DNA of 64,000 bases. It comes from Mycobacteriales bacterium. GTDB lineage: Bacteria; Actinomycetota; Actinomycetes; JAFAQI01. The stretch's first letter is position 1. Every line of letters begins with the position of its first letter. The notes beneath the pieces were generated by a model. That model was not told the DNA's origin, did not search any database, and saw only the letters and a list, made by a program, of their open reading frames with translations. The position numbers and the translations under genes are program-made. Positions 1 to 9,001 of this stretch are shown here, in pieces. The stretch spans positions 94,743 through 158,742 of the forward strand of contig DASZRO010000018.1 of the NCBI GenBank assembly GCA_035550055.1, written 5' to 3'.

Positions 1-1140
1 GTGCTGGTCGGCGTCGTCAGGGAAGCTGCCGCCGGCGAGCGACGGGTCGCACTCACTCCTGACGCCACGCGCCGGCTGGTCGACGACGGCGTGCAGGTCG
101 TGGTCGAGTCCGGCGCCGGGAGCGGCGCCTGGTTCGACGACAGCCAGTACCTCGACGCGGGCGCTTCGACCGCCGACGCGGCGAGCCTTCGCCGCGACTG
201 TGACGTCCTGCTCTGCGTCGGACGTCCCGACTTCACCGCGATCCCCGACGGCAAGACCGTGATCGGCCTGCTCGCGCCGCTGCTCGATGCACCGCTGATG
301 GCACGAGTCGCGGCCCGCCGCATCACCGCGATCAGCCTCGACGGACTGCCGCGCACGTTGACCCGTGCGCAGGGCATGGATGCGCTGACCTCACAGGCGA
401 ACATCGCGGGGTACCGCGCAGTCCTCGTGGCGGCCGAGCATTTCGACCGGTTCTTCCCCCTGCTGATCACCGCTGCGGGAACCTCCAAGCCCGCAGAGGT
501 TCTGGTCCTGGGCGCCGGCGTCGCTGGCCTGTCCGCGATCGGTACGGCGCGACGTCTCGGCGCGATCGTCCGCGGCTACGACGTACGACCGGCCAGCAGC
601 GAGGAGATTCGCTCGCTCGGCGCGCAGCCGGTCGAGCTCACTTCGGTCGCCCAGGGAGCCGGTGAGGGCGGGTACGCACGAGCGCTTACCGACGACGAAC
701 AGCGAGCCCAACAAGACGAGTTGGCCGGCCACATCGCAAAGCACGACATCGTGATCACGACCGCCCATGTCCCCGGCCGCCGGCCCCCGCTGATGGTGAC
801 CGCTGCGGCGATCAATGCGATGCGCCGCGGCTCGGTGATCGTCGACATGGGTGCCTCCGACCTCGGCGGCAACGTCGAGGGATCGCAGCCTGGGGTGGTC
901 ACCGTCACAGACAACGGGGTGACGGTGGTCGGTGCGGGCGACCTGCCCTCACGCATGGCCACGGCAGCGAGTACGGCGTACGCCCGCAACATCAGCGGGC
1001 TGCTGCGTCACTTTCTGGTCGACGGCGTCGTCACGATCGATCTCAGCGACGAGATCACCGCGGGTGTCGTCGTCACCCACGACGGCGCCGTCGTACACGC
1101 CGCGACTGCGGCGTTGCTCGAGGAGAAGGGGCAGCAATGA
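1..1140 (+). CDS. pntAA: NAD(P) transhydrogenase subunit alpha part 1 (AlaDH/PNT dehydrogenase domain); GTG start at window edge
   Basis: Translation shows the Rossmann GAGVAG motif and AlaDH/PNT N- and C-domains. The N-terminus aligns with full-length PntA N-termini. ATGA overlap with the next gene. Confidence 0.85.
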   Translation: MLVGVVREAAAGERRVALTPDATRRLVDDGVQVVVESGAGSGAWFDDSQYLDAGASTADAASLRRDCDVLLCVGRPDFTAIPDGKTVIGLLAPLLDAPLMARVAARRITAISLDGLPRTLTRAQGMDALTSQANIAGYRAVLVAAEHFDRFFPLLITAAGTSKPAEVLVLGAGVAGLSAIGTARRLGAIVRGYDVRPASSEEIRSLGAQPVELTSVAQGAGEGGYARALTDDEQRAQQDELAGHIAKHDIVITTAHVPGRRPPLMVTAAAINAMRRGSVIVDMGASDLGGNVEGSQPGVVTVTDNGVTVVGAGDLPSRMATAASTAYARNISGLLRHFLVDGVVTIDLSDEITAGVVVTHDGAVVHAATAALLEEKGQQ

Positions 1141-1448
1141 CCGGCTCGTTCGTCGGGGACATGACCATCTTCGTGCTCGCTCTGCTCGTCGGGTTCGAGG
1201 TCATCAGCAAGGTCCCGGCGACGCTGCACACTCCGCTGATGTCGGGCGCCAACTCGATCCACGGCGTCGTCCTGGTGGGTGTGGTGATCCTCTCCGGCGA
1301 GACGCGCGGCCTGCTCGGCTACATCCTGTTGTTCGTCGCGGGTGCATTCGCGGCGGCGAACGTCGTCGGCGGCTACGTCGTCACTGACCGGATGCTTCAG
1401 ATGTTCAAGCGCCGTCCCGTCGTACCGGGCAAGGACCAGCCCTCGTGA
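1137..1448 (+). CDS. pntAB: NAD(P) transhydrogenase subunit alpha part 2 (membrane helices)
   Basis: 103 aa hydrophobic protein (MTGSFVGDMTIFVLALLVGFEVI...) typical of PntAB; translationally coupled between pntAA and pntB. Confidence 0.8.
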   Translation: MTGSFVGDMTIFVLALLVGFEVISKVPATLHTPLMSGANSIHGVVLVGVVILSGETRGLLGYILLFVAGAFAAANVVGGYVVTDRMLQMFKRRPVVPGKDQPS

Positions 1449-2854
1449 CGCACTGGGAGACCGGCATCCGGTTCGCCTCGCTGTTCGGCGCGGTCTGCTT
1501 CGTGCTCGGTCTGCACCTGATGAACTCCCCCGCGACGGCCCGGCGGGGCAACGAGCTGTCCGCGTTCGGCATGGTCGTCGCGGTCGCCGCGGTGTTGCTC
1601 AACGTCGGCCACGGCGACGACGGCGCGGTCATGACCGGCACCCGGTGGGCGGTCCTGCTCGCCGGCGCGGCGGTCGGCGGCGCGTGGGGTCTGTACGCCG
1701 CACGGACCGTCCGGATGACGTCGATGCCGCAGCTGGTGTCGTTGTTCAACGCGGTCGGCGGCGGCGCCGCGGCGCTCATCGCGATCGCCGAGTACGACAT
1801 CCACACTCACCCCAGCGCCGGCACCGCGACAGCAACGGTGCTCGACGTGGTGATCGGCGGGGTGACCTTCACCGGGTCGGTGCTCGCGGCCTTGAAGCTG
1901 CAAGGGCACCTGTCCCACCCCGTCGCGTTCCCGGGGGCCCGGCTCGCCTCCGGTCTGTTCGTCGCGGCCGCGGCGGCGGGCAGCGGCTGGGTGATCGCCG
2001 GAGCGGACCGCAAGCTCGTCCTGCTCGCCGTCGTGGTCGCGGCCATGATCTTCGGCGTGCTGATGGTGCTTCCGATCGGCGGCGCCGACATGCCCGTCGT
2101 CATCTCGTTGCTGAACGCGTTCACCGGGACCGCGGTCGCCATGGCCGGTTTCGTGTTGTCCAACGCGACGTTGACGATCGCCGGCGCTCTCGTCGGGGCA
2201 TCCGGTTCGATCCTGACCAAGCTGATGGCCGACGCGATGAACCGATCGGTGGTCAACATCATCGCCGGCGGGTTCGGCACCGGCGACGCCGGCGCGGACA
2301 CCGCCGGCGGCGCGAGCGGCCCGGTCAAGGCGATCGCGGTCGATGACGCTGCCCTCCAGCTCGCCTACGCGAGCAAAGTGATCATCGTGCCGGGCTACGG
2401 GCTGGCCGCCGCCCAGGCTCAGCACGAGTGCCGCGAGCTCGCCGAGGTCCTCGAGTCCCACGGCGTCGACGTCAGCTACGCGATCCATCCGGTCGCGGGA
2501 CGGATGCCGGGCCACATGAACGTGCTGCTCGCCGAGGCCAACGTTCCCTACGACCAGCTCAAGGAGATGGAGGAGATCAACTCGGAGTTCGACCGTACTG
2601 ACGTTGCGCTTGTCATCGGCGCCAACGACGTCACCAACCCGGCGGCGCGGCGGCCGGGCAACGCGGTCTCCGGGATGCCGATCCTCGACGTCGACCACGC
2701 GAAGTCGATCATCGTGATCAAGCGGTCGATGGCCTCCGGCTATGCCGGGATCGACAACGAGCTCTACAGCGACCCGAAGACCTCGATGTTCTTCGCGGAC
2801 GCGAAGCAAGGGCTTGCCGCCCTCGTGGCCGCCGCCAAGACACTGGTCGCCTAG
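1445..2854 (+). CDS. pntB: NAD(P) transhydrogenase subunit beta
   Basis: 469 aa with multiple TM helices then a C-terminal NADP(H)-binding domain (AVDDAALQLAYASKVIIVPGYGLAAAQAQ...GRMPGHMNVLLAEANVPYD) characteristic of PntB. Confidence 0.88.
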   Translation: MTHWETGIRFASLFGAVCFVLGLHLMNSPATARRGNELSAFGMVVAVAAVLLNVGHGDDGAVMTGTRWAVLLAGAAVGGAWGLYAARTVRMTSMPQLVSLFNAVGGGAAALIAIAEYDIHTHPSAGTATATVLDVVIGGVTFTGSVLAALKLQGHLSHPVAFPGARLASGLFVAAAAAGSGWVIAGADRKLVLLAVVVAAMIFGVLMVLPIGGADMPVVISLLNAFTGTAVAMAGFVLSNATLTIAGALVGASGSILTKLMADAMNRSVVNIIAGGFGTGDAGADTAGGASGPVKAIAVDDAALQLAYASKVIIVPGYGLAAAQAQHECRELAEVLESHGVDVSYAIHPVAGRMPGHMNVLLAEANVPYDQLKEMEEINSEFDRTDVALVIGANDVTNPAARRPGNAVSGMPILDVDHAKSIIVIKRSMASGYAGIDNELYSDPKTSMFFADAKQGLAALVAAAKTLVA

Positions 2855-2870
2855 CCGGCCGCTGCCCTTC

Positions 2871-4094
2871 TCAGCCTCGGCTGCCTGCGGCAGGGCTGAA
2901 CCGCACCGGCATCGACTCGTAACCCGACACGAAGTTCGCCGGACGGTACGCCGGCTCGGCGTCGTCGACCAGCGCGATGTCCGGGAGCCGCCGCAGCAGC
3001 GTCTCGAAGAAGCACACCAGCTCGAGGCGAGCCAGGTTGTTCCCGAGACAGAAGTGAGTCCCGATGCCGAACGCAACGTGGTCGTTCGGCGTACGCCCGA
3101 TGTCGAACCGGAACGGGTCGACGAAGACCGACGCGTCGCGGTTCGCCGAGGGATAGAGCAGCAGCAGCTTGTCGCCGGCGGCCAGCCGTTGGCCGCCGAC
3201 CTCGGTGTCGGCGACGACGGTGCGTGCCATGTTCTTGATCGGACTCACCCACCGCAGCATCTCCTCGACCGCCAGCGGGATCCGGGTCGGGTCGTCGATC
3301 AGGGTCTGTTTCGCCTCGGGGTTGCGTAGCAACTGGTAGAGCCCACCGCTGATCACGTGGCGAGTGGTCTCGTCACCGCCGATCAGGATGAGCAGGGCGT
3401 CGTGGATGACGTCTTCGAGGTTGACGTCCTCGCCGTCCGTGCCGCCCTGCACCAGCAGGCTCACCAGGTCTTCTCCCGGTGCGCGCCGCCGATCCTCGAT
3501 CGCCGCCGTCGCGAACTCGCGGAAGCCGGCGTAGGCCTGCGCCGCCGGCAGCATCGCCTCCGGGTCGGCGTTGCCGACGAGTGCCTTCAGCATGTCGTCT
3601 GACCACTCGAGCAGAGACCGCCGCTGCGACTCCGGGAAGCCGAGCATGTCGCCGATGACGTGCATCGGCAGCCACGCGGCGAGATCGCGGACCGCGTCGC
3701 ACTCGCCGCGTTCACAGACGTCGTCGATGATCCGTTCGCACCACGCGTTGATCGGCTCCACCGAGTCGGCGAGGCGGCGGGGCGTGAAGCCGCGGTTGAC
3801 CATGTTGCGGCGGCGTTTGTGCTCCGCACCGTCCTGGTCGATCATCATCGGGATCGCGGCGTTGTCGGGACGGATCCCCCCGCCGTTGCAGAACTGCTCC
3901 GGGTGCAACGAGACGTACTTGAGGTCGGCATGGCAGGCGATGCCCCACACCTGGCCGTCCCAATAGACCGGAGCGTTCTCCCGCAGCCAGGTGAGCTCCC
4001 CGTGCGGGTTTCGCCCCCAGAACTCGCCGCTGACGAGGTCGATCGCCGGATTGACCGGGTGGTCGCCCTTGGCGAGTGTCGTACCGGCGGTCAT
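2871..4094 (-). CDS. cytochrome P450, CYP142-like (steroid C26-monooxygenase family)
   Basis: Heme-binding loop AFGIGTHFCLGNNLARLEL plus motifs NGGGIRPD, PMMIDQD and VCERGECDAVRDLAA that closely recall mycobacterial CYP142. Last gene of the P450 operon; 4 nt overlap with the upstream SBP gene. Confidence 0.85.
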   Translation of the reverse strand: MTAGTTLAKGDHPVNPAIDLVSGEFWGRNPHGELTWLRENAPVYWDGQVWGIACHADLKYVSLHPEQFCNGGGIRPDNAAIPMMIDQDGAEHKRRRNMVNRGFTPRRLADSVEPINAWCERIIDDVCERGECDAVRDLAAWLPMHVIGDMLGFPESQRRSLLEWSDDMLKALVGNADPEAMLPAAQAYAGFREFATAAIEDRRRAPGEDLVSLLVQGGTDGEDVNLEDVIHDALLILIGGDETTRHVISGGLYQLLRNPEAKQTLIDDPTRIPLAVEEMLRWVSPIKNMARTVVADTEVGGQRLAAGDKLLLLYPSANRDASVFVDPFRFDIGRTPNDHVAFGIGTHFCLGNNLARLELVCFFETLLRRLPDIALVDDAEPAYRPANFVSGYESMPVRFSPAAGSRG

Positions 4095-5587
4095 CCGCCC
4101 GACCTCGGCAGGAAGCGGCCGTCGCAGCGGTAGCCGGTGGCAGGGTCGTCCACGCGCTCAAAGCCTCCGTTCTCGAGCTTCCACAGGATGTAACAGTGTG
4201 GCCCGCCCTTTGCGCTCGGATCGACCGGAGCGATCAAGCCGTTGGAGTCGAAGTTCTTGATCCGGCGCAGCGAGGCCAGCAGCGTCTTGCGGTCGAGAGT
4301 CGGTCCGGCGGTCTCGGCAGCCTGCTCCAGCATCCGGTCGTCGGCCCATGCGTACATCGCGTAGAGGTTGATCGGCTGTCCCGGATAGGTCCGCGTGAAC
4401 CAGTACTGGAAGAGCTTGACCTCCGGTGTCTCGTCGGCGGGGTCGGTGTTGAAGAACAGGGCGTAGGAGTTCCAGCCGAGGATTCCGTTGAGGTCGGACT
4501 TCGCTCCTGCGTAGTCGCTGAGGAACGCCTGGTCATAGGCGATCGGGATGATGTTGATCAGACTCGACGGGCAGCCCGCCTGGCGTTCGTTCTGGATCAT
4601 CGTCGCGGCATTGCCCGCCGGCTCGGTCAGCTCGAACAGCACCTGGATGTGCTCCTGCTGGCACAGCTTGACGAAGTCGCCCTGGAAGCTGCTGTTCGTC
4701 GGCTGCTCCAGGATGCTGTCGACGAAGTGCCATCCCTCTGCTTGCGCCGAGTGGACCATGTTGGCCTGTTGCGCGACCGCCGACGGGATGTTCTCGACGA
4801 TCGACCCCACGTGGTCGAGCTTCGTCCCGAACTTCTGCTTGTAGTAGCGGAACATGCCGGTGGAGAACCCGCTGCCGCCGGCGGAGATGTCGAAGTGGTT
4901 GGGCGGGGTGTAGGCGGTCGGATCGAGGGCGACGTGGATGTCGGCGACACCAGGGTTTGCCTTCACGATCGAGGCGCCGCAGCCGTCGTAGAGGGCGAAG
5001 GTGCCCGACAGCGCGAAGCTCCTCCCGATCAAGCTCTGTGTCGCGTTCTCGTCCTGCGTGCAGCTCGCCGCGTCGTCGACCACGTCCACCTTCACCTGCC
5101 GACCGCAGATGCCGCCGGAGGTGCTGTTCACGTAGTTCGCGAACGCCTCGCCGCCTTGGACTGCTCCTTCGAACAGCCCGGACACCGGGCCGCTGAGCGT
5201 CGCGACCTCGCCGAGGGTCATCGTCGTCGCGGTCAAGCCGACGTCGGTCCCGCCCGAACAGCTCTGCGCCACCGGAGCGGTCGCCACCGGTGTGGTTGAC
5301 GGACGTCCGGGATTCGCAGCCGAGCCGGTCGTCACACCTGCCGGCGCGCTGGGCTGCGACACAACGCCTGGTACGCCGGAGGGCGCGGCGGAGGCCACCG
5401 CGCTCGCCGACGCGACCGCAGCCACCGCCGGCGGCGGCGCGACCGCTCGGTCGTTCAGGACCGCGTGCTCTGCCTGGCTGCGCACGTCGCCGGGCAGCCG
5501 GGCGCCGCACGCAGTGGACAGCAGCCCGACCAGGGCGGCCGCCACGCGCAGCCGGCCACCGCGCCGCAGTCGGGTGCGGGTGCTCAT
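4091..5587 (-). CDS. lipoprotein, periplasmic solute-binding protein (type I PBP, LivK-like), orphan
   Basis: Signal peptide plus lipobox (LLSTAC), a long Ala/Pro/Ser/Thr-rich linker, then a PBP1 fold. No permease or ATPase genes nearby. Overlaps both neighbouring genes by 4 nt. Confidence 0.7.
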   Translation of the reverse strand: MSTRTRLRRGGRLRVAAALVGLLSTACGARLPGDVRSQAEHAVLNDRAVAPPPAVAAVASASAVASAAPSGVPGVVSQPSAPAGVTTGSAANPGRPSTTPVATAPVAQSCSGGTDVGLTATTMTLGEVATLSGPVSGLFEGAVQGGEAFANYVNSTSGGICGRQVKVDVVDDAASCTQDENATQSLIGRSFALSGTFALYDGCGASIVKANPGVADIHVALDPTAYTPPNHFDISAGGSGFSTGMFRYYKQKFGTKLDHVGSIVENIPSAVAQQANMVHSAQAEGWHFVDSILEQPTNSSFQGDFVKLCQQEHIQVLFELTEPAGNAATMIQNERQAGCPSSLINIIPIAYDQAFLSDYAGAKSDLNGILGWNSYALFFNTDPADETPEVKLFQYWFTRTYPGQPINLYAMYAWADDRMLEQAAETAGPTLDRKTLLASLRRIKNFDSNGLIAPVDPSAKGGPHCYILWKLENGGFERVDDPATGYRCDGRFLPRSGG

Positions 5588-6003
5588 CGCCGGTCGTCAC
5601 CGGATCCCGGAAAGGCACGCTTGGCGCCGCGACCGCGGTGCGCCGAGACCCGCTCCTCGACCACCCCGTTCAACGACGAACCCCGCGGCCAGCCCACGTA
5701 GTGGGTGAGGAAGACGACGACCTCACGCAGCTCGGCTGCGGTCATCTCGTCGTTGGACAAGATCGCGTCCACCTGGATCGGCAGCACCGACCATTCGCCG
5801 AGCGCCGCGATCACCCCGAGCAGCAGCATCCGGCGGTCGCGGATCGACAACCCGTCGCGCGACCAGACCTCTCCGAAGAGGTGGTCCACCGTCATCGCGA
5901 AGAAGTCACCCGCCACCTCGGGCACGTCGTCCCAGGCATAGACCTCTGCCATCCTCGCCTTGCCCTGCGCATGGCGCTGGGCGCGATCGACGTCCTCAGT
6001 CAT
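5584..6003 (-). CDS. carboxymuconolactone decarboxylase (AhpD-like) family protein
   Basis: ATG chosen internal to the track ORF (MTEDVDRAQ...). CMD-domain-like helical protein of about 139 aa. The longer N-terminal extension is Arg/Ser-rich and overlaps the upstream gene. Confidence 0.6.
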   Translation of the reverse strand: MTEDVDRAQRHAQGKARMAEVYAWDDVPEVAGDFFAMTVDHLFGEVWSRDGLSIRDRRMLLLGVIAALGEWSVLPIQVDAILSNDEMTAAELREVVVFLTHYVGWPRGSSLNGVVEERVSAHRGRGAKRAFPGSGDDRR

Positions 6004-6862
6004 GCGCACCCTCCCGAGGCACTCGCAGCGCCGCCGCCAGCGACGCCAGTCCGAGCCGCCCGAACGGCAGGTCCACGCCCAGCGCGGCGCCGAGGTCGAG
6101 GGCGTGTTGCAGGTCCTTCTCGCCGAGCTCGCGGGTGTGCTCGAAGATCGGCCGCAGCGGGTCGTCATCGGCGTACGGGTCCTGCGTCGGCGAGATCATG
6201 ACCACGGACGGGCCGCCGATGACGGCATCGCTGTGGCGGATCGCGGCGGCGAGATCGAGCACGTCGACGCCCGCGGCATGAGCGAGTCGCGCCACCTCGC
6301 CGGTCGCGGCGTAGCCGACGAACTGGAGCAGGTTTCGGACGACCTTCGCGCGGATTCCCGCTCCCGAAGCCCCGAAGTACAGCAACAGCGACGCCCAGCG
6401 TTCGAACACCGGCTTCGCCCGCTCGTAGGCAATGCGGTCTCCGCCCGCCATCGCGACGAGCTGCCCGGAGTCGGCACCCGCCGGGCCGCCGGTCAGCGCG
6501 ACGTCCAGGACCGCCACGCCGCGCTGCTCCCCGGCGGCGGCCAGTGCGGGCGCCGTCTCCACGTCGATCGTCGAGTGCACCGCGATCACAGTCCCCGGTG
6601 CCGCGTGCTCGATCAGCTCCTTGACGACCTCACGCACCTGCGCGTCGGTCAACACGACGACCGAGATCACGCTCGCGGCCGACGCCAGGTCACGCAGATC
6701 GCCAGCGGCTCGGGCGCCGGCATCGACGAGCGGAGTCGCGGCCGCCGGGTCGACGTCGTACACCGACAGACCACCAGGCCAGTCGATGAGGCGCTTTGCC
6801 AGCGCTCCGCCCATGTTGCCCAGCCCGACGACTCCGACGCCGACGGCCGCCGCCTCACTCAC
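5996..6862 (-). CDS. NAD(P)-dependent oxidoreductase, 3-hydroxyisobutyrate/6-phosphogluconate dehydrogenase family
   Basis: N-terminal GVVGLGNMGG Rossmann motif and the beta-hydroxyacid dehydrogenase fold. The GTG start at 6862 gives a GTGA overlap with the upstream NTF2-like gene. Confidence 0.75.
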   Translation of the reverse strand: MSEAAAVGVGVVGLGNMGGALAKRLIDWPGGLSVYDVDPAAATPLVDAGARAAGDLRDLASAASVISVVVLTDAQVREVVKELIEHAAPGTVIAVHSTIDVETAPALAAAGEQRGVAVLDVALTGGPAGADSGQLVAMAGGDRIAYERAKPVFERWASLLLYFGASGAGIRAKVVRNLLQFVGYAATGEVARLAHAAGVDVLDLAAAIRHSDAVIGGPSVVMISPTQDPYADDDPLRPIFEHTRELGEKDLQHALDLGAALGVDLPFGRLGLASLAAALRVPREGAHD

Positions 6863-7413
6863 GGCAGGGGCGGCCACAGCGGAGCGGGAAGCTCACCGCG
6901 GCGGTAGTGTCCCGGCAGCCGTTCGCCGCTGGCGGCGCGTTCCATCCGCGAGCGCATCCCGTCCGACAGCACGCCGGCGTTGATCATCTCGAAGAACAGC
7001 GAACCGGCGTTCATGTGGTCGAAGAAGTCCCGCTGCCAGGCCCACCCCTGCGGGCTGTAGCCGAACCAGCTCGCACCGAAGCCGGCGACTTCGTACGGCG
7101 AGCCGTCGGGTCGGGTCACGTCGGCGACCTGCTTCCAGAACCCGATGATCATCCCGGCACGGTCGTCGATCATCGTCGCCTGGTACGGGTAGCTCCACCC
7201 CTCGAGCCCTTCCATCTCGAGGCCGAGCGCCTTCTCCCGGATCTCGTCGCGACCGACCGCCATGAACTCGTCGTTCGCACCGCAGTTCCAGCCGTACGTC
7301 GCGTCGGGTGCGAAGAACTCGGCCAGCGCCGACCAGTCGCGATTCGCCTCGCACGACTTGTTGGCGTCCAGCCAGCGCTGCCAGAACGCCTCCATCTCGG
7401 TGCGGTCGGGCAT
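6859..7413 (-). CDS. NTF2-like / SnoaL-like (ketosteroid-isomerase fold) protein
   Basis: About 185 aa from the internal ATG (MPDRTEMEAFWQRWLDANKS...). NTF2-like cone fold signature. 1 nt TGATG overlap with the ferredoxin gene. Confidence 0.65.
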   Translation of the reverse strand: MPDRTEMEAFWQRWLDANKSCEANRDWSALAEFFAPDATYGWNCGANDEFMAVGRDEIREKALGLEMEGLEGWSYPYQATMIDDRAGMIIGFWKQVADVTRPDGSPYEVAGFGASWFGYSPQGWAWQRDFFDHMNAGSLFFEMINAGVLSDGMRSRMERAASGERLPGHYRRGELPAPLWPPLP

Positions 7414-7610
7414 CAGTAGCCTCCCTCGATCGTCAGCGCGCGTGTGGGGCAGTACGTCACCGCCAGCCGAACCGCCTCTTCGTGCTCGGGCGGCACGGAG
7501 TCGACGAGCAGCTCGACCTGGTCGGACCTGCCGACCTGGAAGACCTCGGGCGCCTCGAGCTCGCACATGGCATGGCCCTGACACAGGTCACGATCGACGC
7601 TGACTCTCAT
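7413..7610 (-). CDS. fdx: ferredoxin (single-cluster 3Fe-4S/4Fe-4S), P450 redox partner
   Basis: 65 aa with the CQGHAMC...CP cysteine pattern. Sits immediately downstream of cyp51 with a 4 nt overlap, as in the M. tuberculosis Rv0764c-Rv0763c pair. Confidence 0.85.
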   Translation of the reverse strand: MRVSVDRDLCQGHAMCELEAPEVFQVGRSDQVELLVDSVPPEHEEAVRLAVTYCPTRALTIEGGY

Positions 7611-8962
7611 GACGCCCTCCGGGGACGCACGCGAACGGCACAGGGCTGCTGGAGCTGGACCACCATCTTGGAATGATCATTGCGGTAGGAGTCGGCCGGC
7701 TGCGCCAGCTCGAAGCGGTAGTCGCGCAGCAGCACCGAGAAGATGGCCTTCAGCTGCATCATCGCGAACGCCGCTCCGACGCAGCGATGACGGCCACCAC
7801 CGAACGGGATCCAGGTCCACGGGTTGAGGTCGTCCTCGCGTCGCGGATCGAGATAGCGCGACGGATCGAAGGTGTCGGCGTCGGGAAAGTCCGGGGTGAG
7901 CCGGTTCGAGATCGCCGGGCTCGCCGCCACCAGGTCACCTTTGCGGACCGCGTAGCCACCGACCGCCAGGTCCTCGGTCGCGACACGCAGCAGCAGGATC
8001 AGGGGCGGATGCAGCCGAAGCGCTTCCTTGATCGCAGACTCGAGCCGCGGGATCTCCCGCAGGGCCTGGAAGCTGACAGCTGACCCGTCGGCGTACAGCT
8101 CGTCGAGCTCGGCGGTCACCGCGGCGAGCTCATCGGGATGGCGCAGCAGCTCGATCAGCGTCCAGGCCGCGGTGCCCGACGTCGTGTGGTGGCCGGCGAA
8201 CATCAGCGAGATGAACATCCCCGTGATCTCGTCGGCGGTGAACCGCGGCTGGTCGTCGACGGTGAGCGACATCAGTACGTCGAGCAGGTCTTTGTCGCCG
8301 GTCACCGCGCCCGACGTGCGGGCGGCCATGATGCCGACCACCAGGTCGACGAGCGCCAGCCGCGCTTCGTCTCGTCGACGGAAGCTTTCAATCGGCGCAT
8401 ACGCGTCGACGTAGGCGAGCGCGTCGGTTCCGCGCTCGAGATCGTGGTAGTAGCTCGCGAACCGGCCGTCGAGCTGCTCGCGGAACTTCTGCCCGATCAG
8501 GCAGGCCGAGGACGTGTAGATCGTGAGCTCGGCGAAGAAGTCGAGCAAGTCGATCGTCCGTTCACCCGACCAGTCGGCAACCGCCCGCTCGACTTCCGCC
8601 GCGATGACCTCGGCGTGGCCCTTCATCTGCGGGCCTCGCAGCGACGAGTTCTTCAGCATCTCGGCGCGGCGTTCGGGCGGCGCGTCGAACACCACGCCCT
8701 GACCGAAGATCGGGGTCATGAACGGGTACGCCGCGCCTTGGTCGAGCAGCTCGTCCGGTGCGCGGAAGTACCACTCGTTGACCTCCTTGCCGCAGACCAG
8801 CACGACGTCGCGGCCGGCCAGCTCGAAGCTGCCGACCTCACCGCACTCGTCGTGCACGCGACGCATCAACCCGATCGGGTCGCAGCGCAGCTCCTCGAGA
8901 TGGCCGTGTTCGTGCTCACCTCCGGACACCCGTGGTGGACGCGGCAGGGTCGGGCTCAGCAT
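7607..8962 (-). CDS. cyp51: sterol 14-alpha demethylase, cytochrome P450 CYP51
   Basis: FGGGRHRCVGAAFAMMQLKAIFSVLLRDYRFELAQPADSYRNDHSKMVVQL and long N-terminal stretches are near-identical to M. tuberculosis CYP51. Confidence 0.92.
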   Translation of the reverse strand: MLSPTLPRPPRVSGGEHEHGHLEELRCDPIGLMRRVHDECGEVGSFELAGRDVVLVCGKEVNEWYFRAPDELLDQGAAYPFMTPIFGQGVVFDAPPERRAEMLKNSSLRGPQMKGHAEVIAAEVERAVADWSGERTIDLLDFFAELTIYTSSACLIGQKFREQLDGRFASYYHDLERGTDALAYVDAYAPIESFRRRDEARLALVDLVVGIMAARTSGAVTGDKDLLDVLMSLTVDDQPRFTADEITGMFISLMFAGHHTTSGTAAWTLIELLRHPDELAAVTAELDELYADGSAVSFQALREIPRLESAIKEALRLHPPLILLLRVATEDLAVGGYAVRKGDLVAASPAISNRLTPDFPDADTFDPSRYLDPRREDDLNPWTWIPFGGGRHRCVGAAFAMMQLKAIFSVLLRDYRFELAQPADSYRNDHSKMVVQLQQPCAVRVRPRRAS

Positions 8963-9001
8963 TGCGCGGCCGCCGTCATCGCAGCTCCTCGTGGTCGGAT
9001 C

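Noticed and set aside
1397-3076. 559 aa minus-strand ORF overlapping pntB
   Set aside because: It is antisense to pntB, whose translation has unmistakable transhydrogenase beta-subunit motifs. The composition is Arg/Gly/Asp-rich low complexity.
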